DNA of 62,568 nucleotides, filler included, from Rhabdomonas costata (lineage: Eukaryota), in the NCBI GenBank assembly GCA_019059605.1. It is 35 parts of 35 records of this genome, joined end to end, with 100 filler letters (N's around TTAATTAATTAA, not from the genome) between each part and the next. Parts side by side here need not be neighbours in the genome. Positions count along the whole stretch, not along the records: positions 35,822 to 37,512 come from JAHMHO010010611.1; positions 37,613 to 39,300 come from JAHMHO010010612.1; positions 39,401 to 41,090 come from JAHMHO010010613.1; positions 41,191 to 42,880 come from JAHMHO010010614.1; positions 42,981 to 44,671 come from JAHMHO010010615.1; positions 44,772 to 46,462 come from JAHMHO010010616.1; positions 46,563 to 48,253 come from JAHMHO010010617.1; 28 more parts are not named here. The stretch is one strand, 5' to 3'. Each line of letters starts with the position of its first letter. Within the stretch, counting starts at the first letter, position 1. Shown piece after piece: positions 35,822-48,353 of this stretch. The translations under genes were made by a program, and so were the position numbers. The notes beneath the pieces are model-generated. The model worked only from the letters and a program-made list of their open reading frames with translations. It did not search any database and was not told the origin of the DNA.

Positions 35822-37448
35822 GGGTGGTGCGGACTAAGGGGTGCAGCATCCACAGATTGGTGGTGGGGTGCTGGGTGTAGAACTTCCCGCGCTTTGGGGA
35901 GCGTTGCACGAGGTCCTGCGGAGGGGGGCCCAGAACGCTCTGGAACTTCAGCAGCTGCTCCGCCTCGTCCTTACCATCGAAGAGCGGGACTCCGGTGTGC
36001 ATCTCCACAAGGATCACCGCGAGGCTGGAAGGGGAGGGGGGGAGGCACATTGAGGAACAAGGGACGGGTGGACTGTGAGGTCCTTTCGTCCTTTGATGGC
36101 GACATTCTCTCTCAAGAGACAGGACGGCACGAAGGCACAGAGACGGAGGATGGAGATGATGGTGTCCTACAGCAAAGTGGTGTATGATAAAAAGGCAGCA
36201 ATTATGTAATTCATCAGCTGCTTATTTTCTCTGTATCGTACCTGTGAGAGTCATCACGAGGCGACGGCTTTGCGCCCATGAGTGCAGGAGTAGTACCATA
36301 TACTGAATAAAATATGAGCACAAAAACGAACAACAACGAACACGTAGAGACGGAACGCCATGCGAACAGCTCCAAGGTTCCGAACAACCAGAGAAGCAGT
36401 GCCCTCATAGCACACGGCCTGCACACGGAGTACCTCCACATATCAATGGCGCAGTCGTAGCCCAGCCCCCAGATCACCTCTGGGGAGCGGTAGAACTGTG
36501 AAGACGCATCGAGGAGGAAGGCAACTTCCCAACCGTCAACTGAAACACTCATTTCCCACGCCGCACAAAATGGAAAGCTTGAGCCAATCTTCGATCCTCA
36601 AATCGGCATCGATTTCAGAAAGAAGACAGCTGGGGGAGAGCAGTGAAGCCTTTTCAGTTTTAGGCATTTGACCAGACGGAACACAAAGGCTTCTGATCGA
36701 AGACTACTAACTAAAGCCTGACCCACGACACCCCCTCCCCCAGTCACAACACTTCGCATGGAAAGACTCTAAAACGCACCCTGCTCTGGATGTACTTAAA
36801 CATCCGCTTGTTGATGTAGCAGGAGGAGCCAAAGTCGATGACCTTCACCGCAGAGCGCCGCGAGTTCCGCAGCAGAATGTTCTGTTCACGAAAGGGAGTA
36901 AAAAAGAAATCAGGGCTCAATGTCGGGGCGACTCCCCACAACGCATACTTCTATGCGGTCGCTGGTAAGGTCATCACAAATAGCAAAGAAGCCGTGGCAA
37001 GGTGAGTTACCTTCAGGAGAAAGCTTACGTTATAGAGGGAGGGGGTCAAAGTGTCATACTGCCCAAGAGGAAGGGCAGTCTCCGACTTTCATGGCGCAGT
37101 AGCATATCTTCACGTTTGCGACCTTAAGAAAAGCAACATGGGCAGGGCAGTGGTGGAGGAGGCTCAAGGGAGCGGCCGCACCTCGGGCTTGAGGTCACAG
37201 TGGATGACCTTGACGGGCTGCGCCGCAAGGAACTCCAGAGTTTTCAAAATCTGGCAGGCGAACTTCCGGATGAGGTTCAGGCTCACCCCGGCGAACTTGG
37301 TGTGGCTGAGGAGGTCGTACAGGTTGAACGAAAGAAGCTCGAATGCCAGGCATAGGTGCTCCTTCCACATGAACACCCGCTTCAGCTTCACAATGTTGTG
37401 CTCGTCCGAGGCGCAGGCGTTCAGCTTGGACAGAATGTCGATCTCCAC
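35822..37448 (-). CDS. DYRK-family dual-specificity protein kinase (exons 37448-37182, 36881-36780, 36495-36434, 36024-35822)
   Basis: The exons give HLCLAFELLSFNLYDLL, IHCDLKPE|NILL, KVIDFGSSC, YIQSR|FYRSPEV and AIDMWS. All introns are GT-AG and in phase. It is closest in style to DYRK1/Yak1. Confidence 0.96.
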
Positions 37449-39644
37449 CTGGCCCCCCAAGCGAAAAGAGGTTAACAAGTGAGGCCAATTCCAATTCAAT
37501 TATTGGGTATTTNNNNNNNNNNNNNNNNNNNNNNNNNNNNNNNNNNNNNNNNNNNNTTAATTAATTAANNNNNNNNNNNNNNNNNNNNNNNNNNNNNNNN
37601 NNNNNNNNNNNNCCGCTGGTATATGGCTTTTTTACCAGTAACGCCTGTAAGCACGCACTTTTGGGCAGAGGTGGTGGAAGCAGTAGGAGGCGCCAGGCAC
37701 AGGTGCGTTGCCGCAGAAGAACCCAGTCACAACACTGATGTGCAGGCAATGGTATGGGAGAGGAAGAGGAGGTACGGGTGCGGGTGCGGGTGGATGGGGT
37801 GTAATGGCCTGCAGAGAATAAAGAAACCCACATTGATTTAAGGGGGGTATGGAACGTTCAGCACTGCTTAACGTTTAGAGGCGGTCAGCGAACGAGCAGG
37901 GTAACCTTTTTCGCGAAATTATGTTTTAGTGCACGTGCGATACATAATCTGTGGCAACTGTATGTACCTCTAAATACGTTTAACAAAGTGGGGTTGGGTG
38001 TACTGTTCGTCCCACCACCAAGGCAGATATTTCTGAAATATAAGGGGGTCTGAAAGCGTATGACGTATGTTTAGCAGTGCTGCACGTTTGTGTTCAGCTG
38101 TACAGGGAAAATGGGTTCTGAAGCGGAGAAAGGCAACGAGGGGAAAACGAACGCCATGTATTTTTCACCACCACACCAGCCGACCGATTTTCAGGCAGGG
38201 CTTAACCGGTTTCCCCTTCCACGTTCCACATTCTCGCTCTGCCTATCTTCAACGGTGCGTTTTCATTTCGCCTGCGGTGGTTTCTTTCTCTCACTTTTCC
38301 TTTTTTCGAGACAATGTCCTTCAAGGAACGCCTTTCCAATCGACGCTGGTTTTTGCCCCCATGCAGCCATCGCACCCCCACCCATGAGTTTGATTTCGAA
38401 AGCTGCATCCTGTTTTGTGCGCTTTTCCACAGCCTTTGGCCCGTCCCCACGTTTTTTCCATAGTCCCGCTTTGCGCGTAGCATAAACCCTGCATCGGTGT
38501 TTTCCTTTGTCCCCGTCGTATCTTCGAACGTCAATCGCCTTGCTAATCGAGACGTTCCCTGTGCCGCGGCCAGAACCGGACAAAATATCTGACGGCGCTT
38601 TGCTGTAACTACGCCGCCCTTCATTCCATCTCGGCCCAGCAAAGGCCCAAAGTTTATAGGACGCCGCTGCCCAAGCACGCATCCCACTTCCACCGGGCTA
38701 AGCGGCCAAGCAATTTGCGCTTCGCCCGCGGATTTACGCGGCAACCGCATGTTCCCACGCAACAACAACCCAAGCGGTTGTGGGCAGCCCTGCGACACAT
38801 ACTACTACCTACTACCTACTACCTACCCTTGCCGCCCCCGTCGGCGCCTTTTCCATCCGCACAGGCTACCGTTGACAATGGCCACCTGGCAGTCCCCTCC
38901 ATTACCCCAAACCTTCCTCTTCATTCACAAACCTCCTTCTTGCCAGAATCGCACCTTTTTTCCTTCTCAAAATATCTCGTGAGAAACCCACTTTCCCCGA
39001 CTCTGTCATCAATTCCTTCTACGGTCCACAATTTATTTATGCGGCCACATTTCTCCACAATTCCCGCCTATGGCCCTCCCCACCTTCGGCTTCACACTGG
39101 CTCAGCCTCCGCGCCTTACCTCGCCTCAGCCCGCGCCCTCCTACCACGCAATTGTTCGAGCCCCTCTGGTTCAATTCCCCCGATCTGCTGCATGAAGTTC
39201 TCATCTGCCGCATCGGAATTTTGCTGTCATTTGTCTTTCTCATCCGCATTTTCGAAGTCTCCTCATTGTCCTACCCCCTGACACTTGCATCAGTACACCA
39301 NNNNNNNNNNNNNNNNNNNNNNNNNNNNNNNNNNNNNNNNNNNNTTAATTAATTAANNNNNNNNNNNNNNNNNNNNNNNNNNNNNNNNNNNNNNNNNNNN
39401 TTTGTGTGGGATAGTGCGCGTCTGATAGCCCTGTGCAGGGGGTGAGGCGATACCCAGTTAGGAGGCGATGCAATGATTGAGTTTAGCCGGCGATCGTTGT
39501 GCGCTTCCAGGAGGGGGGCCATGTGGATACTTATGCCACCAACGCTTCGCAACGTTTGCCGTCCACACACCGATGTCGTCCCGCTGCTTCGTACGAATGA
39601 GCAAGGCAAAGAATAGGACCTGCTTAATCGTGTTTGGTGTCCAG

Positions 39645-41017
39645 ATGATGGAGTTTCTTGACTCGAAAAATGGACCTGCCGTGGCTGCCGCGGCAGGTGT
39701 TGCGGTTGTCGTGGGGGCTGCGCTGCTTTTCCCTCGAAAGGCCCCAAAGCCAACCCGGGACCGCAACACTGTGTACCTGCACGTCCTGAAGCCGAACAAG
39801 TTCATTGGCCTGTTCAGCCCAGACGTGTGGTGCCTCACGCTGGAGACTTGGCTCAGGATTGCGGGAATCTCTCACGAAACCATCCGCAGCCAAACGGCGG
39901 TGAAGTACTCACCAAACGGAACTCTGCCCTACATTGAGGTTGTGCTTCTGCTTTGAAAGGACATTGCATTTCGACTGCGAATTTGTTTTTTTTGCTTGGT
40001 GGTTTGGTTTTCTGCACACCGATCCACAAGCCTGTGTTGGCTGTGTGCTGTGTTGGCTTGAAAAAGGCAAATTTTGATCGGACGGGACCGAACTCATTCG
40101 AAAAAAGGGCCAATTTGGTCCTCGAAATTTGAAGCTTTAAAGGTTTTCGGGTGTCGTTTTCTCCATTCCGCTTGGAGTTCGATGGAGGAAGTACTGTTCC
40201 GCCGCCCTGTGGAAGCAACCGGGTTTGCCCTTGTGGTATTTCTCTTCTTGTGCGCGCGCTTGAGTTCGGCTCAAGAGCAACCCGTATGAAAAAGGGGTCA
40301 GAGTTGGATGGAGTTAGGTGAAGAAAAGTTTCCCACATTGGTTCGCAGTACAACGGGCACTACGAGGCTGACCACCGCCAGATCACCGCGTATCTGAGCC
40401 GTGTCACCAACACTGACACCGAGGGCTTTCTGACCCCGCAGCAGCGTGCCACGGCGCACGTGGTGGAGCAGATGCTGGAGCGCTCGACGATTCCCCTGCT
40501 GGTGGACTATCCCCACCTCACCAATACCAACCTGCTGCGCCGCCAGATCCTGGCCTCACTCCCCATTCCCTGGCTGCCTGGGATCCTGCTGGAGCCCTTC
40601 GTGGCCGTCGCAGTGTTTCTGAAGAAGAGGTGTCAATTGCAACCTGGCGTCTGCATCTTGCCCCTCCTGAACCCTCCATTTTTTCAAAGTGCGTTTTCCC
40701 CTTGAAGACGTTTGTGCAGTTCTGAGCACTGAGCACGGTACCGCCTTATGAAAAAAGTTCAAGGAAACCACTTAAGTTACGATTTCGATGAGTTCCTTCT
40801 TCCCTGTTTATTTTTATGAAACAATTTTATTCTCAGTGTACCTTGCCTCATTTTTTCGTCACAATTTCCCTTTTTTTATGTGCGAAGGCGGTATCCTTTG
40901 CTTTTGAGAGTTTTGACGTTGAGGTTTCGGCACGCCTCTGATTTTCATTAACACGCCTTATTTTTTTTAACTCGCCAGCTCGCTATGGGTCGTCACGCTC
41001 CCGACCTCTACCTGAAG
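39645..41017 (+). CDS. FAXC/metaxin-like glutathione-S-transferase-fold protein (exons 39645-39938, 40349-~40648, 40979-~41017)
   Basis: An N-terminal membrane anchor is followed by SPDVWCLTLETWLRIAGI...SPNGTLPYIE|YNG...AD...I..YL, LTPQQRA...EQMLE and MGRH. These are FAXC/metaxin hallmarks. Confidence 0.85.
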
Positions 41018-44000
41018 CGGCGAGTTAAAAAAAATAAGGCGTGTTAATGAAAATCAGAGGCGTGCCGAAACCTCAACGCCAAAACCACCCNNNNNNNNNN
41101 NNNNNNNNNNNNNNNNNNNNNNNNNNNNNNNNNNTTAATTAATTAANNNNNNNNNNNNNNNNNNNNNNNNNNNNNNNNNNNNNNNNNNNNGGTGTTGGGG
41201 GGGGCGCATAGGACCCTGGCCTGGCTGCCGAGCTTGACGCCACAAGGAACCGTCTGCTTCCGATGTTAAATGTGGAGAGCCTGCAGAAGAGGTCCCCGAA
41301 GGATGGAGTGGATATCTACTACAAGGCACGCTGTGTGGCCAGTGGGTTTCTTTGGATATAGGAGGGGGGGGCTTCGGCTGCTTTTTGAGGGATTCTCAGT
41401 CAACCAGTGCTGTGGCACCAAGTTGCGGATGTGTGGACAAGCTCATCGATTGTGCTTTTGTTCCTCACTGATGATGATAATAAACACGCGATTCTCTGCT
41501 CACAGTTGGCTATTATTGTCTTCTTACATCATTTGCTGTCTTACAGTCCCCCCACCCACCCAATAGAGCTTCACTTCGAAGAATGGATCTGTCAGGACTT
41601 GGGAGACCTTTATATCCTTTATATTTTTTATTTTTATAAATTCATTTCATTTTTAGGGATGTTTTTCGATCAAATTTAGGCCGTAAGGCTCTCAAGACTG
41701 AACCAAGCAACTTTCCCTCAAACCCATCGCACCATCGCACCGACCACAGCACACAGGGACTGGGGTGCTCGCACCTCACGTTGATTTCTTTGGTTTTTTG
41801 AAAACACATCAGGCGAAACCTTCCCTGTGCCCATCCCTCAAGTTCTGAGGCAACTCTGAAAAATCCTGCACCCGTCCCCCCGCAATTTGTCCCATCTGCT
41901 GGAGTAGAGATGCACACCTATGCCGAATGTGTGCGTCTCGTCGAACTGGCTTGAAATAGTTTTGAGTTTGCCATGGTTTCTCTTTGGGGATTTTTTCCAG
42001 TTGTTTCTCCAGCCAAATGCTTTCTTAAACCTGGGAGGGTGAGGCTTTGGTGGAGCTTGATGGAAGCTTGATGGAATTTCTGTCGCTTGGAAAGAAAAAC
42101 AAGCATGAATTTACGTTTTTCTGATATGATTCTGCTTTGCTTTCTTCCTACAGCCTTCGGAAGGTTTATCCGTCTTCCGCACGGGTCAGGTTGTCATGAA
42201 CGCGTCGCCGAAAGAGGTCGCAGATACCTACTGGCAGACTGCACGCTACGCGGTAAGGCGCTTTTCACTCCAGCCGTGTTTTTCTTCTGTAATGTCCTGG
42301 TAGTTTTCAGTTGAATTGCAATCTTTTCCTGTGGGGCCTGTGGTTCGGAAATGCCTGAATTCTTTTCAGTAAACTTTGTTTTTTTTCGTTTAGCGATGGG
42401 AAGTGGGAGGAGGCCAGTTTACCTAACCCTGACTCTTTCAATAAAGGAAGATAAAGGAAGCTCCCCATAGCTCCTTAGCCATTCCCGAAGCTTCGCCTCA
42501 TCCCCGCGAATGACTTTTAGGGATAAGCTTCTTTTTAATGGTGAAGCACAATAATATCGAACCATATGCCTGGTTGCATTGCTCTGAGGTGCTGGGGTGG
42601 GGGTGGGGTATTTGGCGCTTGAGCTTGAAGCCATATGCGATTCCATTGAGATAAAAGATACCGCCCCAGTAGTTTGGGAGGATGGGGTGTGCTGAACGTT
42701 TTGGGACTTTGAAGATCGACTGGGACAGCATTATTGTGGGCCGTGCATCAAACGTGTATGTGTATGCAATGTGCATGAGATCAACCTTTCCACTCATCCC
42801 ATGCCGCCCCGCATCTGTGTCTCCTTTGCCACACCACATCTCTGGCTCATTGTTTGTGATGGTTCATCTAACCAACAACCNNNNNNNNNNNNNNNNNNNN
42901 NNNNNNNNNNNNNNNNNNNNNNNNTTAATTAATTAANNNNNNNNNNNNNNNNNNNNNNNNNNNNNNNNNNNNNNNNNNNNGTGTGGGTGGTGACGTAATG
43001 GTATGGAGTAAGGATGTTGGCTGCTCAGACTCACAGGTCTCCGGGAGTGCGGTGGTGTTAACTGGGATGCTGGTACTTGGAGGGGTGGTACAGTGTCAAT
43101 CCTGCCAGGATCCATGAAATTGGTGTTGGTACGGGAGTCCTGCATACGACGTCTACATTTCTTGCGCTGGCCGCTTCTGCATGAACTCGGCTTCTAAGCT
43201 GAAGGAAGTGCAAGGGAAGCGTTAGCGAGTGCATAGCGTGAGCGCTGGAAGGTTACGGAACACACCTCGGTTGGGTTTTTCAGGTTCCGTGATGGTTTCA
43301 TGCTTTGTTAGGTCCCTCTCAGCCTACCAAAGGGTAAGTCGCGGAGGAGACTGAGCTTTATAGCCTTTCTGTGGTTCAGGAGCACTTGGGAGGAGGTCAC
43401 CTCCTTCCCAAAGTTCGCTTTCCTCTGTTTTTAATTCTTTGCGGGGATATTGCTTCTCTTCGTTGCCGGTGAAAAGCGCGGTATTGAAAGCCTCCTCTGT
43501 ACTTCTCCCCAAACTGCACCCCACTCCACCCCGCCCATCCGCCCACACACACACACACACACACACACGTTCATTTACAGACATTTGCCCTCGCTGGTTT
43601 TTCTCGTGGGCAGCTGGATATACTCTGTGTGTTATTTGGCCGCGGCGTTAGCACCAATGTGGTGTACGCGGGAACTGACTCGCAAGCTGCCATTGCAAAC
43701 CGTTTTATTCTGTATTCACACTGAGTTGTGTCTGTGGGCGATTTTAAAAGCCTTTGGAATGTATGTGTGAGAGGCAGATGGGGATGGCTGTTGAATTGCG
43801 AGGTTGAGCCCGACTCCTCTGAATGTTATGGCTGACGGCTTCAGCACCTCGTCGACAACGCGGGGGTTGGGCAAATCGATTCTTGTGCTTTTTTGGCAGC
43901 TCGACCATTGATGAGAACCGTAAATTAAGAAACGAAATCCCGGGTACTGTTATCTCGCTGGTGAAAATTCGGATGTATCAAAAGGTAATCCAGGCCCAGC

Positions 44001-44531
44001 AGATAGGCTCACCGACCCCCTGGCGGTGATTGGCACACGTCTCGGCAATGCTTCTTCAAAGGTGTCGAAGGTCAGTGTCGGTGGAATGAAACGTGAAACT
44101 GAAGAAGGTAGGCGAAAAAGCTCCGTTGCCTGAGTTTGGGAATAGGCAGTTAAGGTTCCAGGTCCCCATCGGCACAGCAACGGCAAGGTTGCAAGGCTGC
44201 ATCAGGGTGATGCAGCGGACAAGACCACACCGATGCCACCCCCCTGGAAAAAAAAAGAGATCAAAAAAAAGCGTTTCCGCGAGGCCACGATTGCAAGGGT
44301 ACTCGGATAATGCTGCTCACCAGACAACCCAACCACATATCCTTAGGTGGGCTTCCCCCCCCCAAAAAAGGTGTTGCCGTTCTCCACAATTATGAGAAAA
44401 GCCCAGACTCGAAACAACAACACTCACCAAATGCGGCACAGTGAAGCCTGTAAAACCACTCTAACCGCCGCTTCCCTTCTCTTCTGTTTTCGTCTCTTCT
44501 GCTTTGCTCCAGCGCCTGCCAACCAAGGAAA

Positions 44532-44671
44532 ATGTCCGTGTCCATCATCTTTGTGTCGTGCGCCTTTGTGGAGTGTGACATTGGAAAGAAGCCGGTGCTG
44601 ATCGCCCTGGTCGACGAGGACGGAAACATCGCGCTGAATAGCTATATTGTTCCCAATGGTCATCCCCACCC
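44532..44671 (+). CDS. N-terminus of a REX1/REX4-like DEDDh exonuclease-fold protein lacking the ExoI acidic residues
   Basis: IIFVSCAFVECDIGKKPVLIALVDEDGNIALNSYIVP aligns by eye with the pattern ..ALDCEMV....G....RV.LVD.DG...LD.YVKP. A long polypyrimidine tract and AG (44512) precede the ATG. Confidence 0.5.
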
Positions 44672-45109
44672 NNNNNNNNNNNNNNNNNNNNNNNNNNNNN
44701 NNNNNNNNNNNNNNNTTAATTAATTAANNNNNNNNNNNNNNNNNNNNNNNNNNNNNNNNNNNNNNNNNNNNGTGGTGGGTGTGTTTGGGGGGGGTGTGGT
44801 ACCTGCTCTGTTCCTGCGGGGAACGTCAGTAATAATGGAAGAAAGGGGATTCTTTAGTATCTGATGGAATGCATTTCTCGAAGATACGGTAGCTGTGATC
44901 GACTCAAGGCTTACTTAATGTGGTGGGGGGCAATGGTAGTCATGATTTACACTGCTGATCACCGAAATTCTAGATATTGCCGTGTTACACAGGTTCTGAG
45001 ACTCGCACGAACTGGTATTTGACGCACAGGTAAAGGCTGATGAGCATGTTCCTACTTCGCAACATTTGTGGTACCAAACACGCGGTGCACGTGCACTTAC
45101 TTTGGACAA

Positions 45110-45560
45110 TAACCTTGCCGTACGGTATCAGCTTCTGAGGGTACACCACATGGCTACCATCAATTTCATAGCTTGCCGGACTTTTCCGTGTGATCATTGG
45201 GCAGTGAACAATTGTTTGCTGCTGGCTATTGCATAGCGTTGAAGTACACGAGCTCCTGGAGGTCCGTTGGTGGGAAAACTCATGTTTTCGGGATTACCAC
45301 CACCCCCAATCCACCACCCGTAGAGCTTGCAATGAGTCAGCATCCACATGGCGACATTTTGCTCCAACATTCCGGGTAAATGCGATGGGCAATGTCAGTC
45401 CCAAGAACCCGTGTCACTCAAAAACGCCGTGGCAGTTGTAATGAGCGTGCTGGTGAGGAAGGGTGAAGAGAGTGTGTGTTTAATGATGGCTTATGCATCT
45501 CCTGTGAAGATTATTGTTCCTGGCCTTCAGCAGTGTCATGAGGAGACACGCTGAACACAA
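45110..45560 (-). mobile_element. Possible decayed LTR-retrotransposon (Ty3/Gypsy-like) integrase C-terminal remnant
   Basis: Broken frames give SPHDTAEGQEQ, SWD*H and ITRKSPASYEIDGSHVVYPQKLIPY, in the order expected for the integrase core end and the GPY/F tail. Stops and frameshifts are present. Confidence 0.3.
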
Positions 45561-48059
45561 CAGCTGGAGCACTTCCAAGAGCGCCGGGATCTGCGTTTCG
45601 TTTGTTCAGACGGACGCGCGCTAACGTCCGAAAGTTCTGAACATGAAGCTGACGCCGAGAGACACTGCATGCGTGTTGGGAACCCGTATAAGTGTGTGTG
45701 GGTCGGTTAGGGTTTGTAGGGGCCTCATGCCGCGCACACACACACACACACACTCGGGGCTGAGGGACGTGGCTGCAGCGAGGAAGGTGGGAGCGCTAAT
45801 TACCCCAGGGGACTCCACAAAGGTCAACGATAACCAGCAACGGGAGCGAGGGAGAGAGGCAGGGAACGGGAGCGAGAGGGCCAGGAGCCGAGAGCAGAGA
45901 AAGGTCGGGGAAAGATGGCGGCGGGGATCACGTACGGAGCATCCAGGAGAACAGAGTCGAGAGCAGGAGAGGCCGACGGCAGGAAATCGAAAGTACTGGC
46001 AGACGCACCAGGGCAAGGAGTCAGTGAGGCGACCCCGAGGTACAGGAGGTTCAGCGGAAGAGGGCAGGAATAGCCCGCAACGCAACTATAGCGCGATGTG
46101 CTGGCACGGGAACGCCTGTAGATACCGGTGCTGCCAAGGGTCGTTCGCGCGATAAAAGGCCCCAGCCCCCCCAAGGAAGGAGTGTGGAGTCGCAGAGACC
46201 GGAGCCGCAATGGAGCAGTGCAGGTAGCCGGTGGAAAACAGCAGCTTCGCGACAAAGGCCCGGGACCCGTGGGGCTGAAGGGAGGTTACCATATGTGGGA
46301 CGTTCGGCGGTGAGCCCGTTCCGGTTCCCCTCGGCACCGTTCGCTCCAACCTCTCGCGAGCACCTGTGGCCAACAGCGCGTGCGCCCGTCAGTCCACTGT
46401 GGTCACCAACAACCAAGCAACCAGTGAACGAGGCAACAGCCAGCGCGCGCAATGCGCCCAACNNNNNNNNNNNNNNNNNNNNNNNNNNNNNNNNNNNNNN
46501 NNNNNNTTAATTAATTAANNNNNNNNNNNNNNNNNNNNNNNNNNNNNNNNNNNNNNNNNNNNTTTGTTTTGGTTGTATGCTGGAGAAAAGTGTTTCTTAA
46601 TCAACTGTAGTCTTGCGTCCAGTTCATCAGCCCTTTTGCGTATTTTTCGGTTGCAGGAGGAGTTTGTGAAGAAGATTTACCCGGCAAAGAGTGGCCCGTG
46701 AACACTGCTTGTGATGCACGTTGTGTCTGTGCTCATGCCTTCGACCTTTGCATGTGTTGTACATTTCCTTGCAGCCAGATGTTCTTTTCTGTGCATGCGT
46801 GTCTCTCCGTGAATTCCATTGCAACTCCGAGAGGCGTTTTCTCTTCGAGGTGGTAAGCCGTTGCTAAAATGTATCTTGTCTGCCTATGGGTTCAACTTGG
46901 GTGCTGGCTTTGACTCAAGAGAAAGAAATTAGACTCAAGATTTTGGACCGGTAAAGCAGGGGGGGAGGGTACGTAATAACTGGCCCAAGACATCCTGACA
47001 TCCCGAGGGAATTTATCCATCGTTCTGCAGATGCGGTTTAGACGAGCTTTCAGATAACTCTTTCGGCATTAGCACCGAAAGCCTTCATTGCTCGTGCCAG
47101 CTCAAAAAGTGAGAGGTGAAAAAAGTGTTACCAAATGTTACCTTTTGTTTTGGAGTTTGGGGGGATGGTGAGAAAGTCTCACTTTGTAAACCATGTCAGC
47201 ACAGTTGTTTCGTCTGCCTGAAGTAAGCTGTGATTTCTCATTTTTGACATGGCCCGGGCCATATTAAAAATAATGACGGATGCCTGTCACATAAACGACC
47301 AATCAGAACCGAAACTATCTCTGTTCGTTGAGGCAAGGTTCACAACAGCTGTGGTGATCACTTTTCTCAGGTTTTTTTTTCGGGTGGAGGTAACTTTTCG
47401 TGCACGAGCACAATGGAAGGCCAATCAGTCTGTGCAAGTAGCTCAACAGCCGCTGAGCCCACTTTCACAGTTGATGGGGAAGTTCTCACAATCGATGAGG
47501 TTTTTGTGTGAGGCTCAGAGAGGCTCGAGCTCTCCCCTTTTGTCTTTGTTTGCCACTTTCCAAAACTGCGCTTTTATGCTTCATTTCCAATGTTCCACTG
47601 TTCCATTGTGAACTTCCTGAAATTAAAGCCTTGCTAAAACTTGATCGAGCGCCCAAACGCCATGGACCAGTCGGTGAGAGCACATTCACTCAAAGGAGTT
47701 GCAAGGCGCTCAGTCAACAAAACTGCCGTGCCCTTGTCACAGCATAAAAGTGGATCGGTAGGGATGTTCAAATCCGACCAGAGCTACTCAAAAGCTGCGG
47801 TGTCCGGCACACATGGCGCCTTGGCGCGCGGTGTGCTGTGTCCTTGTGCTGCTTCTGCACACCTGTTGGTTTTTTGGCGCGTTCACGATATTGGTGTTCG
47901 TGCTGGACGACACGACGGGTGTTGGGGTGAGGGTGTGCGCCGTGCCCATCCACACACACACGCACACACACGGGGAGCTGGGAGTGTGTGGAGCGCGGGA
48001 CCCCAAAGACGTGGAGAAACCGGCTTCCGCCGGCGGCCTGCAATGATGGCGCTGACGTT

Positions 48060-48253
48060 GTTAGCTCGGGACCGGGTTTGCCGTCCGTCCTGAGAAGGAA
48101 CGCCCAGACCTTGGGGAACCATATCCGAAGCTCCTCCGCCCCCCTCATGTAGACGGCGTGCCATCTCTGGAAGAGGAAGCGCCGCCAGACTTTCTCGACC
48201 ATTTGCTTCGGATACCCCCGCCAGATGGCATTCCGGAAGACCGTAGCCACGGA
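48060..48253 (-). mobile_element. Possible Penelope-like/non-LTR retroelement fragment (post-RT helical region)
   Basis: VATVFRNAIWRGYPKQMVEKVWRRF contains the F.....RGYP...V motif that follows the RT thumb in Penelope-like elements. The RT core itself lies off-contig. Confidence 0.4.
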
Positions 48254-48353
48254 NNNNNNNNNNNNNNNNNNNNNNNNNNNNNNNNNNNNNNNNNNNNTTA
48301 ATTAATTAANNNNNNNNNNNNNNNNNNNNNNNNNNNNNNNNNNNNNNNNNNNN

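Noticed and set aside
25077..37512. Apparent gene cluster (AcnB, SIR2_2, DUF229, MFS, neuferricin, DYRK) as a functional system
   Set aside because: Each gene is on a separate contig and their adjacency is an artefact of concatenation.
40629..40979. Apparent phase mismatch in the FAXC-like gene suggesting a euglenid non-conventional intron
   Set aside because: A canonical in-phase GT donor at 40649 gives KKRCQLQPG|LAMGRH with plausible spacing. No junction in this window demonstrably requires a non-conventional intron.
45203..45250. EQLFAAGY motif resembling the Ohr/OsmC peroxidase active-site region
   Set aside because: It lacks the preceding NP and the following AC, and it has no flanking homology or splice context. 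The opposite strand better fits a decayed retroelement.
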